Origin: an uncultured Clostridia bacterium
Lineage (GTDB): Bacteria; Bacillota; Clostridia; TANB77; CAG-508
Assembly (NCBI GenBank): GCA_946529215.1
Contig: CAMMZC010000003.1
Span: 3,976-67,975 of the forward strand
Reading direction: 5' to 3'
DNA: 64,000 nucleotides
Made by a program: the position numbers and the translations under genes. Below, piece by piece: positions 44,632 through 56,697 of this stretch. The notes under the pieces are model-generated. The model saw only the letters and a list, made by a program, of their open reading frames with translations. It did not search any database and was not told the origin of the DNA. Every line of letters starts with the position of its first letter. The stretch's first letter is position 1.

Positions 44632-46836
44632 CTAAACTTTTTTCCTCTTTACCTCATACACACTATCAATTTTTCTTAAAGCTTTTAGCACATTATTTAA
44701 GTCATCAACTCCTTGTGTTTCAAGGGTTGCCTCAATAATTGCAATTCTATCTTTATTTGCTTTTGCACTAACTGCGTCTAATTTTGCTTTAGCATTATTT
44801 AAAGCCATAATTACATCGGAAAGAAGATTATTCCTATCATTTGCATAAATTTCAATTTCTGCTTTATAAGAAATCGTTTCTTCTTCTACCCATGAAACAT
44901 CAATCATTCTGTTTTCTTCTTTTATAAGTTCTTTAACATTTATGCAATCTTTTCTATGTATAGAAACTCCTCTGCCCTTTGTAATATAACCTACAATTTC
45001 ATCACCAGGAAGTGGATTACAACATCTTGAAAGTTTAACTAAGCAATTATCTATTCCTTTTACAATTATACCATTACTTGATTGTTTAGATTTATTTGAT
45101 TGCTTTTCTGTTGAAAGTTGTTTTATTTCTTCCTCTAAATTATTTTCTTGATGATATTTTCTATATTCAATAAGCATTCTAGCAATGACCTTATTTGCAG
45201 TATTTGCTCCAAATCCAACTGCAGCATACATTTGTTCCAAATTTTCGTATTTATATCTATCAAGCATTGGTTTAATATATTCTGGCTTGAATAGTTCTAC
45301 ATAATCTATACTAATTCTTTTAACTTCTTTTTCAATTAAGTCTTTTCCTTTTTCTATGTTCTCTTCTTTATTTTCTTTTCTAAACCAAGCATTAATTTTG
45401 TTTCTTGCAGATGAACTTTTTACAAATTTAAGCCAATCCATACTTGGTCCTTTAGAATTATCTGAAGTAATTATTTCTACAATATCTCCACTTTTTAACG
45501 GTGTTAAAATAGGCATCATCTTGCTGTTTATTTTGCAACCTACCATATGGTGTCCAATTTCAGCATGGATATTGTACGCAAAGTCTATAGCATTTGCTCC
45601 TTTAGGTAAAACCTTTATTTTTCCTTTTGGAGTAAACACATATACCTCATCTTCAAAAAGTTCTGTTTTTAATGTTTCTAAAAATTCTTGTGGATCTTGC
45701 ATATCTTTTTGCCATTCTATTGTTTCTCTAAGCCAAGCCAAATCATCTTGTTTAACTTTAACATTTTGTTTTCCAATTCCTAGAAAATTTGCTTCTTTAT
45801 ATGCCCAATGTGCAGCTATACCAAATTCTGCGACTTTGTGCATATCCCATGTACGAATTTGCACCTCAAATGGAGTTCCTTTTTCCCCTAAAAGAGTTGT
45901 ATGAATAGATTGATACATATTAGGTTTTGGAACAGCAATATAATCTTTAAACCTGCCTGGCATTGGATTATACATCTCATGTACAACCCCAAGTGAAGCA
46001 TAACAATCTTTTACTGAATTTACAATTATTCTTATAGCAAAAAGGTCATAAATTTGGTCAAGTGTTGAGTTATCTCTTTTCATTTTTTTGTAAATACTAT
46101 ATAAATGTTTTGCTCTTCCTGTAACTTCTGCATCTATCCTTTGTTTTTTTAGAGCAACTCTTATATCTTCCATTATTTTATCAAGAAATTGTAATCTTTC
46201 ATCTCTTTTTTTGTTTATGCCTTCTACAATTTCTCTATATTCTTCAGGATAAAGATATTTAAACGCCAAATCATCAAGCTCTGCTTTAATAGAATAAAGA
46301 CCCAACCTATTTGCAAGAGGGGAATATAAATCCATAGTTTCCTTTGAATTTACAATTTGTCTTTCTCTTTTTAAATATTTTAAAGTTCTCATATTATGAA
46401 GTCGATCTGCAAGTTTAATTAAAATTACTCTTATATCTTTACCCATTGCTAAAAACATTTTTCTGTAATTTTCAACTTGATTTTCTTCAATTGAGGCAAA
46501 TTGAATATTACTTAATTTTGTAACACCATCAACCATTTCAGCAACTTCTTCTCCAAATTCTTTTGCAATATCTTCATGTGTTGCATCTGTATCTTCAATT
46601 ACATCATGCAAAAGAGCTGCTGCTATAGTTTGCTCATCAAGTCCCATATCTGCCAAAGTATAAGCAACTTGTAAAGGATGAACTATATATGGTTCTCCTG
46701 AATTTCTTTTTTGTTCACCATGTTTTTGCAAAGCATAATTATATGCTTTTAATATAAACTTTGTATCAACTCTACGCGAATTCTGTTTCTTTTTTGAAAT
46801 TATATCTTGTATTGTTACTTCTTTTAATTCTGACAT
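44632..46836 (-). CDS. relA: Bifunctional (p)ppGpp synthetase/hydrolase
   Basis: 734 aa. HD hydrolase domain (HPLQVA..LLHDVIEDT), synthetase domain (FAIRIIV, YQSIHTTL, EVQIRT), then TGS and a C-terminal ACT-like region. Confidence 0.95.
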   Translation of the reverse strand: MSELKEVTIQDIISKKKQNSRRVDTKFILKAYNYALQKHGEQKRNSGEPYIVHPLQVAYTLADMGLDEQTIAAALLHDVIEDTDATHEDIAKEFGEEVAEMVDGVTKLSNIQFASIEENQVENYRKMFLAMGKDIRVILIKLADRLHNMRTLKYLKRERQIVNSKETMDLYSPLANRLGLYSIKAELDDLAFKYLYPEEYREIVEGINKKRDERLQFLDKIMEDIRVALKKQRIDAEVTGRAKHLYSIYKKMKRDNSTLDQIYDLFAIRIIVNSVKDCYASLGVVHEMYNPMPGRFKDYIAVPKPNMYQSIHTTLLGEKGTPFEVQIRTWDMHKVAEFGIAAHWAYKEANFLGIGKQNVKVKQDDLAWLRETIEWQKDMQDPQEFLETLKTELFEDEVYVFTPKGKIKVLPKGANAIDFAYNIHAEIGHHMVGCKINSKMMPILTPLKSGDIVEIITSDNSKGPSMDWLKFVKSSSARNKINAWFRKENKEENIEKGKDLIEKEVKRISIDYVELFKPEYIKPMLDRYKYENLEQMYAAVGFGANTANKVIARMLIEYRKYHQENNLEEEIKQLSTEKQSNKSKQSSNGIIVKGIDNCLVKLSRCCNPLPGDEIVGYITKGRGVSIHRKDCINVKELIKEENRMIDVSWVEEETISYKAEIEIYANDRNNLLSDVIMALNNAKAKLDAVSAKANKDRIAIIEATLETQGVDDLNNVLKALRKIDSVYEVKRKKV

Positions 46837-46947
46837 TTTTTATTCCCTCCTAAAGTTTCTTTTTGGGACGGAGGTAAAAAGTAACCTCATTACCCTAATC
46901 TACCTTTTTATCCATTTATATATTCAATAAATTATTACAAATACAAA

Positions 46948-48636
46948 TCAAATCGCCTTCATCACATCTTTTAAATTTATCTGCACACTATCTGTGCCGT
47001 TAAATGAATTTATTTCTAAACAACCTGCAATATCTACTTTATCTCCTATAATAAATTCATTTGCCATATACCCTAAATTAAATCCAATTGCATTAATATA
47101 AGTGTTATTATTACTTTTTAAAACAAGTTTAAGATGTTTTCCTTCTGTTAAAGACCTTATAGAATCTATCTTTAAATTCTTAAAAGCAAATATCGGTGTT
47201 TTATTTCCTTCACCTAACGGTTCAAGTAAATTCAAGCTTTCTACCATTTCTTTATCTATTTTATCTATATTTATTATGCAATCTATATTTATTGTTGGAT
47301 ATATATCTTCTATATTTGCTTCTTTTACAATTTTTTCAAATTTCTCTTTTAATTTAGGCAAATTTTCTTTTTTTATACTTAATCCAACAGCCATACTGTG
47401 GCCACCAAAGCCTTCTAATAATTCTTTACATTTTGTTAAAGATTCATGTAAATCAAATCCTGATATACTTCTTCCTGAACCTTTCCCTATATTTTCTCCA
47501 TTTTCAAAACATATAAGAAGACATGGTTTATAATATAAATCTGTTATCTTTGAAGCAACAATCCCTACAACTCCATGATGCCAATCATCTCCACCTAAAA
47601 CTATGCTATTTTCGTTTTCTAAATTGTTAGCTTCAATTTGTTTAATCGCATCATCATAAATTATTTTTTCATATTCTTGTCTATCATTATTGTATTTTGC
47701 AATATTTCTAGCTTTTTCTGAAGCTTCTCTCATATTACTGCATAAAAGTAAATCTAAAGCTTCATTTGCATGTCCCATTCTACCACAGGCATTAATTCTT
47801 GGAGCAATTCCAAATGAAATTGCAGTAGAATCTATTTTTCTGTAACCCGCTAAATTAAGAAGTGAAACAAGTCCACAATTTTTGGTTTGCTTAATAAGCA
47901 TCAAGCCAAGTTTTGTAATAACCCTATTTTCATCCTTTAAAGGCACTATGTCTGAAATCGTTCCCAGAGCCACTATATCTAAAAATTTCAAATATTCTTT
48001 TTCATCTAAATTAAGTTTTTGAGAAATTGCTTGGCATAATTTAAAAGCTACTCCAACTCCTGCAAGCTCTCTAAAAGGATATTTATTATCCTTTCTTTTA
48101 CAATCTACAACAGCAATAGCATTTGGAAGTTCTTCACCTGGCTCATGATGATCTGTTACAATTGTTTCTATTCCTAAACTTTTGGCATATTCAATTTCTT
48201 CTATCCCTGTTATTCCACAATCAACTGTTATCATAAGATTATAACCCTGCTCTGCTATTTTTTTTATTGCTTCTTTATTTAAGCCATATCCTTCATATAA
48301 TCTATTTGGAATATATTCATTTACTTCAATACCCAAATCCTTGAAAAAGCTTTTTAAAACAGTAATACTTGTAATTCCATCTACATCATAATCTCCAAAA
48401 ACTATAATTTTTTCTTTATTATCTATTGCCTCTAAAATTCTTTTTACAGCTTTTTCCATATCTGGCATTTCATAAGGATTATGAAAATCATATCTTGTTG
48501 GCTCTAAATATGTTTTTATATCTTTTATTTCTCTGTTTGCTAAAATAGTCGCAAGTAAACTATTTACATTATATTTTTCTTGTATATTTTTTATTTTTTC
48601 TTCGTTTATTTTATAATATTCCCATTTTGTTTTCAT
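46948..48636 (-). CDS. recJ: Single-stranded-DNA-specific exonuclease RecJ
   Basis: DHH motifs (FGDYDVDGITS, VDCG, VTDHH) and a DHHA1 domain (GGHSMAVG). The ORF is open to 48651, but the ATG at 48636 follows AAAGGA at good spacing. Confidence 0.92.
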   Translation of the reverse strand: MKTKWEYYKINEEKIKNIQEKYNVNSLLATILANREIKDIKTYLEPTRYDFHNPYEMPDMEKAVKRILEAIDNKEKIIVFGDYDVDGITSITVLKSFFKDLGIEVNEYIPNRLYEGYGLNKEAIKKIAEQGYNLMITVDCGITGIEEIEYAKSLGIETIVTDHHEPGEELPNAIAVVDCKRKDNKYPFRELAGVGVAFKLCQAISQKLNLDEKEYLKFLDIVALGTISDIVPLKDENRVITKLGLMLIKQTKNCGLVSLLNLAGYRKIDSTAISFGIAPRINACGRMGHANEALDLLLCSNMREASEKARNIAKYNNDRQEYEKIIYDDAIKQIEANNLENENSIVLGGDDWHHGVVGIVASKITDLYYKPCLLICFENGENIGKGSGRSISGFDLHESLTKCKELLEGFGGHSMAVGLSIKKENLPKLKEKFEKIVKEANIEDIYPTINIDCIINIDKIDKEMVESLNLLEPLGEGNKTPIFAFKNLKIDSIRSLTEGKHLKLVLKSNNNTYINAIGFNLGYMANEFIIGDKVDIAGCLEINSFNGTDSVQINLKDVMKAI

Positions 48637-48703
48637 ACTTTTTCCTTTCATTATAACTACTTATCTGTATTTTACTACACACATAATAAAAATGCAAGGA
48701 GAA

Positions 48704-48734
48704 TAAAAAAAAGTTGCAAATTTCTTTGCAACTT
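48704..48734 (-). terminator. Rho-independent terminator after rny
   Basis: Minus strand reads AAGTTGCAAA-gaaa-TTTGCAACTT followed by a T8 run. It is preceded by a second hairpin, ACAGAAAAG/CTTTTCTGT, at 48746-48772. Confidence 0.8.
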
Positions 48735-48786
48735 GTTTAAATATAACAGAAAAGCCATACTCACTTTTCTGTTACGTAAAATACGA

Positions 48787-50328
48787 TTATTTAGCATAAT
48801 CAACTATTCTTTTTTCTCTAATAACATTAACCTTAATTTGTCCTGGATATTCCATTTCATCTTCAATTCTCTTTGAAACATCTCTTGCTAAAACAGTCAT
48901 TTGGTCATCATTTATTTTATCAGGTTTAACTATGATTCTAACTTCACGACCTGCTTGAATAGCAAATGATTTTTCAACTCCTTCAAATGAATCAGCAATT
49001 GCTTCTAAGCTTTCTAATCTTTTTATGTAAGCTTCTAATGTTTCGCGTCTTGCTCCAGGTCTTGATGCTGAAATTGCATCTGCAGCTTGAACTAAAACAG
49101 CTTCCATTGTTTGTGGCTCCACATCACCATGATGTGCTTCAACTGCATTTATAATAAGTGGATTTTCTTTATATTTTTTTAGAACATCTACACCTATCTG
49201 TACATGAGTTCCTTCCATATCGTGATCTAGAGCTTTTCCAATGTCATGAAGTAATCCTGCTCTTCTTGCTCTTTTGGCATCTAAGCCAAGTTCTTCTGCC
49301 ATAATTCTTGCTAAATTTGATACCTCTATAGAATGGCTTAAAACATTTTGCCCATAACTTGTCCTATATTTAAGTTTACCTAGTAATTTTATAATATCTG
49401 GATGTAAGTTATTAACTCCTGTCTCTAAAGCTGCTCTTTCACCCTCATCTTTTATAATTTGACTTAGTTCTTCTTTTGCTTTTTCTACCATCTCTTCAAT
49501 TTTTGCTGGATGAATTCTTCCATCATCAATTAATTTTTGAAGAGCAATTCTTGCAACTTCTCTTCTTAGTGGATCAAATCCTGATAAGATAACTGCTTCA
49601 GGTGTATCATCTATTATTAAATCTATTCCTGTAAGAGTTTCTAATGCTTTAATATTTCTTCCTTCTCTACCAATTATTCTTCCTTTCATATCATCACTTG
49701 GAAGGTTAACAATTGAAACTGTAGTTTCTGAAGTATGATCTGCAGCACATTTTTGTACGGCATAAGTTATAATCTCCTTAGCATTTTTATTAGATTCTTC
49801 TTTTGCTTTTTGATTTAAGTCTCTAATAATTTTAGCTTTTTCCGTGCTGATTTCCTTTTCTACTTGTGCTAATAAGAAGTTTTTAGCTTCTTCTTTACTT
49901 AAACTAGCAATTCTCTGTAATTCTTGGGATTGCTTCTCAATTAATTCATTTGCTTCCTTTTTTTGAAGTTCAATGTTTTCATACTCTTTGTCTAAGTCTT
50001 TTTCTTTTTTTTCTAAGTTGTCTGAACGTCTGTCCAAATTTTCTTCTTTTTGAATCATTCTTGATTCTTGTTTTTGTACTTCGCTTCTTCTTTCTTTAAT
50101 CTCTTTATCTAATTCATTTCTATCTTTCATTATTTCTTCTTTTGCTTTAATGATTTCTTCTTTTTTCATATTTTCTGCTTCAATTTTAGCTAAATCAACT
50201 AGTCTCTTTGCTTCTTGTTCAGCTCCTTGAATTTTAGATTCAGCAATTTTCTTTCTTAAGAACATTCCTATAAAAATTCCAATTGCTATTGAGATTAAGA
50301 AAGTTGCGATTATGACTATTGGATTCAT
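48787..50328 (-). CDS. rny: Ribonuclease Y
   Basis: N-terminal TM helix ([23 protein letters not shown]), K/E coiled coil, KH domain ([11 protein letters not shown]) and HD domain (LLHDIGKA). The ATG at 50328 has the best spacing from AGAGGTG. The ORF is open to 50367. Confidence 0.95.
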   Translation of the reverse strand: MNPIVIIATFLISIAIGIFIGMFLRKKIAESKIQGAEQEAKRLVDLAKIEAENMKKEEIIKAKEEIMKDRNELDKEIKERRSEVQKQESRMIQKEENLDRRSDNLEKKEKDLDKEYENIELQKKEANELIEKQSQELQRIASLSKEEAKNFLLAQVEKEISTEKAKIIRDLNQKAKEESNKNAKEIITYAVQKCAADHTSETTVSIVNLPSDDMKGRIIGREGRNIKALETLTGIDLIIDDTPEAVILSGFDPLRREVARIALQKLIDDGRIHPAKIEEMVEKAKEELSQIIKDEGERAALETGVNNLHPDIIKLLGKLKYRTSYGQNVLSHSIEVSNLARIMAEELGLDAKRARRAGLLHDIGKALDHDMEGTHVQIGVDVLKKYKENPLIINAVEAHHGDVEPQTMEAVLVQAADAISASRPGARRETLEAYIKRLESLEAIADSFEGVEKSFAIQAGREVRIIVKPDKINDDQMTVLARDVSKRIEDEMEYPGQIKVNVIREKRIVDYAK

Positions 50329-50510
50329 AATCATACACCTCTTTCTTATTAAATTTTCAATGTGCAAATAAATATATATATAAGATTTCGGAACATAGTT
50401 TAAATTTTGAAGAATAAATTTTAATTATGTTCCAATTTATTCTTTTATTAAATATATTTCTCTACCCTTATAGTATATAAAAATTTTGGTGAACTGTCAA
50501 GAGAAAAATG

Positions 50511-50552
50511 TAAAAAAATACTGCAACATTTAAATTGCAGTACTTTTATTTT
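50511..50552. terminator. Bidirectional hairpin terminator
   Basis: An A7 run, then TACTGCAA-8 nt-TTGCAGTA, then CTTTTATTTT. Downstream of the aquaporin gene on the minus strand. Confidence 0.65.
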
Positions 50553-50616
50553 GTTTAAGTGCATAAATTTCTGCACATTGGTTTTTATACTAACATTACA
50601 TTTATACTTTAGTCTG

Positions 50617-51318
50617 TTACTTTGCTTCTTTTTCTTTATTTAAAAATTTATATGTAAATGCTGCTAATGCAGAACCTACAAATGGAGCCACTATAAATAC
50701 CCAAACTTGCTTAATAGCTTCAGTTTTACCTACTATAGCCATTACTGCTGCTGGTGCTAAACTTCTTGCTGGATTAACAGATGTTCCTGTTAAAGCAATT
50801 CCAAGAATATGTACAAATGCTAACGTAAGTCCAATTACAATTCCAGCAACTGATGACTTTTTCTCATCTGAAGTAACTCCAATTATTGTATAAATGAATA
50901 CAAATGTTAAAACTACTTCAACAGCAAGTGCTGCCCACATTGAAATTCCAAGTGATGAATTTGTTCCAAATCCATTTGTTCCAAGTCCTATAGCTTGAAT
51001 TCCTCCAGCTTGTGCAACTGCTTCAGATTGACTTAAGATAAAGAAAAGGATTCCTGTTCCTATAAATGCACCTACTACTTGTGCTAAAACATAAAATAAA
51101 AATTCTGTAACAGTAATTTTTTTGTTAATTAGCATAGCAAGTGATACAGCTGGGTTTACATGACATCCTGATACATTACCTATTACATAAGCCATTGCAA
51201 CAATTGAAAGTCCAAATGCTAAAGCTATAGCTACTGTGTTTCCTGTAATTACAGCTGTTCCACATCCAAACAATACTAATACGGCTGTTCCGATTGCCTC
51301 ACAAAAATACTTTTTCAT
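50617..51318 (-). CDS. MIP-family channel (aquaporin Z-like)
   Basis: 233 aa with six TM helices. Two NPA boxes (HVNPAVS, SVNPARS). Confidence 0.9.
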   Translation of the reverse strand: MKKYFCEAIGTAVLVLFGCGTAVITGNTVAIALAFGLSIVAMAYVIGNVSGCHVNPAVSLAMLINKKITVTEFLFYVLAQVVGAFIGTGILFFILSQSEAVAQAGGIQAIGLGTNGFGTNSSLGISMWAALAVEVVLTFVFIYTIIGVTSDEKKSSVAGIVIGLTLAFVHILGIALTGTSVNPARSLAPAAVMAIVGKTEAIKQVWVFIVAPFVGSALAAFTYKFLNKEKEAK

Positions 51319-51462
51319 AAATTTTTCCTCCTTTAAAAAATCTGAATTTATTATATTATTTTTTTCATTTTAAGTCAATACATTTTTTTAGTTTTTTATT
51401 TATTGTAGTTACTGGTTAACGATTTTAAAAAAAAATTAAAGTAATTCGATTTTAGTATATAT

Positions 51463-51669
51463 TTTTTTGAAAAAATTTCGACGCACCCCTTTTTTTGGCT
51501 ATAACGTGAGGATTAGCTGTAATCCATTTTAAGCACATTGCAAGTCTTTAAAAAGCAGTTTCTTAATAAAATAAGTTTATTTTTAATCTTCGTAAGATAT
51601 AAATACACATTTATAGTATGTTTCATATTCTTAATTTAGTCGAGATTTTTGCGTACAAATTTTTCAAAA
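51463..51669. mobile_element. MITE-like element, family A, copy 2
   Basis: GAAAAAATTTCGACGCACCCCTTTTTTTGGC...AGGATTAGCTGTAATCC...GATTTTTGCGTACAAATTTTTC. The termini match copy 1 (37601..37808) and the middle has diverged. Located between rpe and the aquaporin gene. Confidence 0.6.
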
Positions 51670-51717
51670 TCAATATAATATAATCACAAAATATTACTTT
51701 CTAATCTATTAATAAAT

Positions 51718-52377
51718 TTATAACTTTAATTCGTCAATTATTTGCCTATAATCTTTCGCCATAATAATCGCAGTACCTGCAACTAAAACATTTGCACCTG
51801 CGTTTTTTACAGCTTCACAAGTTTTTAAATTTATTCCCCCATCTGCTTCTATATCTATTTCCAAATTATTTTCATCAACATATTTTTTTAAAGTCGCTAT
51901 TTTATCAACCATATCAGAAAGCAAAGTTTGCCCACCTTTTCCAGGCTCAACAGTCATAACCAAACATGTATGAATATATGGCAAATATTTATAAACTTCT
52001 TCTATTGGAGTAGCTGGTTTTACAGATATTCCTACTTTACTATTATTCTGTTTTATTAAATTTATGCATTCAAAAACTTCTTTTTCATTTTTGCATGCCT
52101 CTAAATGAAATGTTATAATATTTGGCTCAACACTTGAAAAATCATCTATTCCTTTTTTTACATCTTCAACCATTAAATGCACATCTATTGGTAAATTTGA
52201 AATTCTTTTTATATATGAACTCACTTCTAACATATCATTATATGTATTATTTTTTACAAACTTTCCATCCATCACATCTATATGAAAATAATCTGTTTTT
52301 GCTTTTTCAAGCGCAAATATTGTTTCAGATTCTTTTCCTTTTATCATATTTAAAATTGAAGTTGATATTTCTGTCAT
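51718..52377 (-). CDS. rpe: Ribulose-phosphate 3-epimerase
   Basis: MTEISTSILN.., HIDVMDG, DVHLMV, MTVEPGKGGQ and a C-terminal DGGIN motif. The upstream in-frame extension to 52446 has no homology support. Confidence 0.92.
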   Translation of the reverse strand: MTEISTSILNMIKGKESETIFALEKAKTDYFHIDVMDGKFVKNNTYNDMLEVSSYIKRISNLPIDVHLMVEDVKKGIDDFSSVEPNIITFHLEACKNEKEVFECINLIKQNNSKVGISVKPATPIEEVYKYLPYIHTCLVMTVEPGKGGQTLLSDMVDKIATLKKYVDENNLEIDIEADGGINLKTCEAVKNAGANVLVAGTAIIMAKDYRQIIDELKL

Positions 52378-52567
52378 TTTTATTAACATCCTTTCAAACA
52401 AGACACCACACTTATTGAAAAAATAAAATATACATTTATTTTTCAACTTTGTCTCCTCTTTTTTGTATTATATATCTTTTTACTTGTTTATGCAAGTAAA
52501 AATTATTAATTCTTTGAATCCTTGAAATTTCGCAATACAAAGTGAAAACAAATATTTTATTTTCACA

Positions 52568-52595
52568 AGAAAAACAGCCTTGCAAAGCAAAGCCA
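52568..52595 (-). terminator. Rho-independent terminator after eno
   Basis: Minus strand reads GGCTTTGC-ttt-GCAAGGCT (one mismatch) followed by GTTTTTCTT, 11 nt after the eno stop. Confidence 0.7.
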
Positions 52596-52605
52596 TTTTT
52601 ATATA

Positions 52606-54045
<1,440 letters not shown>

Positions 54046-54048
<3 letters not shown>

Positions 54049-54231
54049 AATGAATATATAAGTATTTTAAGAAGTAATCTTAGTTAACTAAATAGCTTAA
54101 AAATTCTTAATAATTTTGCAAGGGAATCTAAAAACAAATTTTTTTAGGGTGCTTGTAAAATTAATTAGAATTTTTAGCGTTAAATGAAAGTTACCTAAGA
54201 TTATTCGAAAAATACATATATATTCATTTAA
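54046..54231. repeat. 186-bp imperfect palindrome (MITE-like)
   Basis: Two ~80-bp arms (TTTAATGAATATATAAGTATTTTAAGAAGTAATCTTAGTTAACT... and ...AGTTACCTAAGATTATTCGAAAAATACATATATATTCATTTAA) are about 75-80% complementary. Lies between the yezG-like stop and the eno leader. Shares the ATTTTTAGCGTTA submotif with family A copy 1. Confidence 0.65.
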
Positions 54232-54249
54232 TTCACAAAATTAAATACA

Positions 54250-55008
54250 TTAATTATCTAAAATCTGATTTTTAGACGTTTTCTCTTTTTCTACCTCTTC
54301 ATGCATTTCCTCTTTTGTATGTTTATTTTTATCTTTGTTATAAACTACATTGCTAAAAATTTTACTTTTTATAGTACTTGCTTTACTAATAAGTTCATCT
54401 TTTTCATACATAACAAAATCACGAGCAGCAATATCTTCTTTACCAAACCCTATATTATGATTTTCTGTTTTAACATATAATCCTGTTTCATATAATTCTT
54501 TTTTTTGCTCATCATTACTGTTAAAATAGCTTTCAAGAATTTTTCTTTCTTCTTTGCTGTCTCCCCCTATTTTTAGATATTTATATTTCCAAATAATATT
54601 TCTTTCAAATACATCTTGTTCTGTATTAGGTAAAGTATCATATCTATATTCTATTCTAAATTTTAAATTTGCAATAGAAATGCTTAAATTTGTCCAAACT
54701 TCTTGGTCTGTATCTATAAAATCTTGTCTTAAACTCTTTATACATTTAAATAGTTCTTCTACAATTTTCAAGTATTGTTCTTCGTTTATATTAAACCTTC
54801 TAGGAACTTCATAAACATTAATATATTTTTTCTTTAAAATTCCTTTTGGCAAATAATAGAAAAACATTTCTCCTGACCCAGAGTTTTCCTCTTCTTTATA
54901 AACAGATGCATACAAATATATTTCTTCCCATTTTTCAGGTATAAGAGTAAATATATAATTTTGAATTTGTTCATATTTTTCTTTCATTGTTTTCGTAGTT
55001 CTTAACAT
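54250..55008 (-). CDS. YezG/DUF600-family immunity protein with C-terminal extension
   Basis: Residues 10-150 (IPEKWEEIYLYASVY..MFFYYLPK..QEVWTNLSISIANLKFRIEYRYD..IIWKYKYLKIGG) match my recollection of B. subtilis YezG (..QEVWTNLT.., ..IWVYKNLG..). An extra ~90 aa of K/E-rich tail follows. The ATG is 4 nt after the gpmI stop, with its RBS inside gpmI. Confidence 0.7.
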   Translation of the reverse strand: MLRTTKTMKEKYEQIQNYIFTLIPEKWEEIYLYASVYKEEENSGSGEMFFYYLPKGILKKKYINVYEVPRRFNINEEQYLKIVEELFKCIKSLRQDFIDTDQEVWTNLSISIANLKFRIEYRYDTLPNTEQDVFERNIIWKYKYLKIGGDSKEERKILESYFNSNDEQKKELYETGLYVKTENHNIGFGKEDIAARDFVMYEKDELISKASTIKSKIFSNVVYNKDKNKHTKEEMHEEVEKEKTSKNQILDN

Positions 55009-55012
55009 TTAT

Positions 55013-56560
55013 TTATTCCTTTTCTAATAGAGTTTCGCCTGTCATTTCCTTAGGCTGATCAATATTCATCAAATCTAATATAGTAGGTGCTAAATCCGCA
55101 AGTTTTCCTTCAGATTTTAGCTTTATATTTTGATTTTCAGATACTACAATCATTGGAACCAGATTTGTTGTATGTGCAGTATGTGGTTCTCCTGTTGCAT
55201 AATCTATCATTTGTTCACAATTTCCATGGTCTGCTGTAATTATTAAATTACCATGCATTTCATTTATTGCCTTTACAACTTTTCCAAGACATTCGTCTAC
55301 CGCTTCTACAGCTTTTATAGCTGCTTCTAAGCTTCCTGTATGACCTACCATATCTGGATTTGCATAATTTAAAATTATACAATCATATTTTCCACTTAAA
55401 ATTGCTTCTACAACTTTTTCTGTAACTTCATATGCACTCATTTCTGGTTGTAAATCATAAGTTTCTACTTTAGGAGATGGAATCAAAATTCTATCTTCTC
55501 CTTTGTATTGCTTTTCCTCGCCACCATTAAAGAAAAATGTAACATGAGCATATTTTTCTGTTTCTGCGATTCGAAGTTGTGTTAATCCTCTATTACTAAG
55601 TACTTCTCCTAATGTATTTTTGATTTGCTCCTTTTTAAATGCTATATGAACATTTGGCATAGTTTCATCATAAGATGTAAAACATACAAAATATGTGTTT
55701 ATTTTTTTTGTTTCAAATTCGTTAAAATCTTTATCAACAATTGCTCTTGTTATTTCTCTTGCTCTATCAGGTCTAAAGTTAAAGAATATAACAGAATCAT
55801 TTTCCTCTATTTTAGCAATTGGAGTTTCCCCATCTGCTGAAGTAATTACAGTTGGTTCAACAAATTCATCAAAAACTTCTTTTTGATAAGAATTTTCGAT
55901 TGCATTTATAACATTAGCAGATTTTATACCTTCACCATTAACTAGTGCATCATAAGCTTTTTTTACTCTTTCCCATCTTTTGTCTCTATCCATACTATAA
56001 AATCTTCCAGAAATTGAAGCTATTTTTCCAATTTCTTTTTCTTTCATTTTCTCTTGTAATTCTATAATATAGTTTTCTGCAGAAGCAGGTGGTGTATCTC
56101 TTCCATCTAAAAAGCAATGTACATAAACATTTTCAAAATCTCTTCTTTTAGCCATTTCTAAAAGACCATATAAATGTCTATTATGGCTATGAACTCCTCC
56201 GTCTGAAAGAAGTCCTAAAATATGTAATTTTGAATTATGTTTTTTACAATTCTCTATAGCATTGATAAATTCTTCATTTGAGAAAAAATCCCCATCTTCT
56301 ATAGATTTTGTTATTCTTGTTAATTCTTGATATACAATTCTTCCTGCACCTATATTTGTATGACCAACTTCAGAATTACCCATTTGTCCTTCTGGCAAAC
56401 CAACAGCTAACCCACTTGGCTTTATTTTTGTTGTTGGATACTTTTTCATAAGTGAATCAATATTAGGTGTATTCGATAATTTAACCGCATTTCCTTCTTC
56501 TTGCTCATTTATACCAAATCCATCTAATATCATTAGCATTGTTACTTTTTTTGGTTCCAT
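55013..56560 (-). CDS. gpmI: 2,3-bisphosphoglycerate-independent phosphoglycerate mutase
   Basis: MEPKKVTMLMILDGFG, NSEVGHTNIGAGR and ADHGN motifs. The ATG at 56560 follows GGAGG. The ORF-track extension to 56644 is rejected. Confidence 0.95.
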   Translation of the reverse strand: MEPKKVTMLMILDGFGINEQEEGNAVKLSNTPNIDSLMKKYPTTKIKPSGLAVGLPEGQMGNSEVGHTNIGAGRIVYQELTRITKSIEDGDFFSNEEFINAIENCKKHNSKLHILGLLSDGGVHSHNRHLYGLLEMAKRRDFENVYVHCFLDGRDTPPASAENYIIELQEKMKEKEIGKIASISGRFYSMDRDKRWERVKKAYDALVNGEGIKSANVINAIENSYQKEVFDEFVEPTVITSADGETPIAKIEENDSVIFFNFRPDRAREITRAIVDKDFNEFETKKINTYFVCFTSYDETMPNVHIAFKKEQIKNTLGEVLSNRGLTQLRIAETEKYAHVTFFFNGGEEKQYKGEDRILIPSPKVETYDLQPEMSAYEVTEKVVEAILSGKYDCIILNYANPDMVGHTGSLEAAIKAVEAVDECLGKVVKAINEMHGNLIITADHGNCEQMIDYATGEPHTAHTTNLVPMIVVSENQNIKLKSEGKLADLAPTILDLMNIDQPKEMTGETLLEKE

Positions 56561-56697
56561 TTTTTTTCCTCCATTTGTTTCTTTTTTTGGAAAAGAATTG
56601 GTCTTTTGGCTAGAAAAATTTATTTTCAAAAGAGAATGACGCATATATTTTGTATGTAACCGCGTTTTAAATAAATTTAAAAGACACCAAAAATCAA

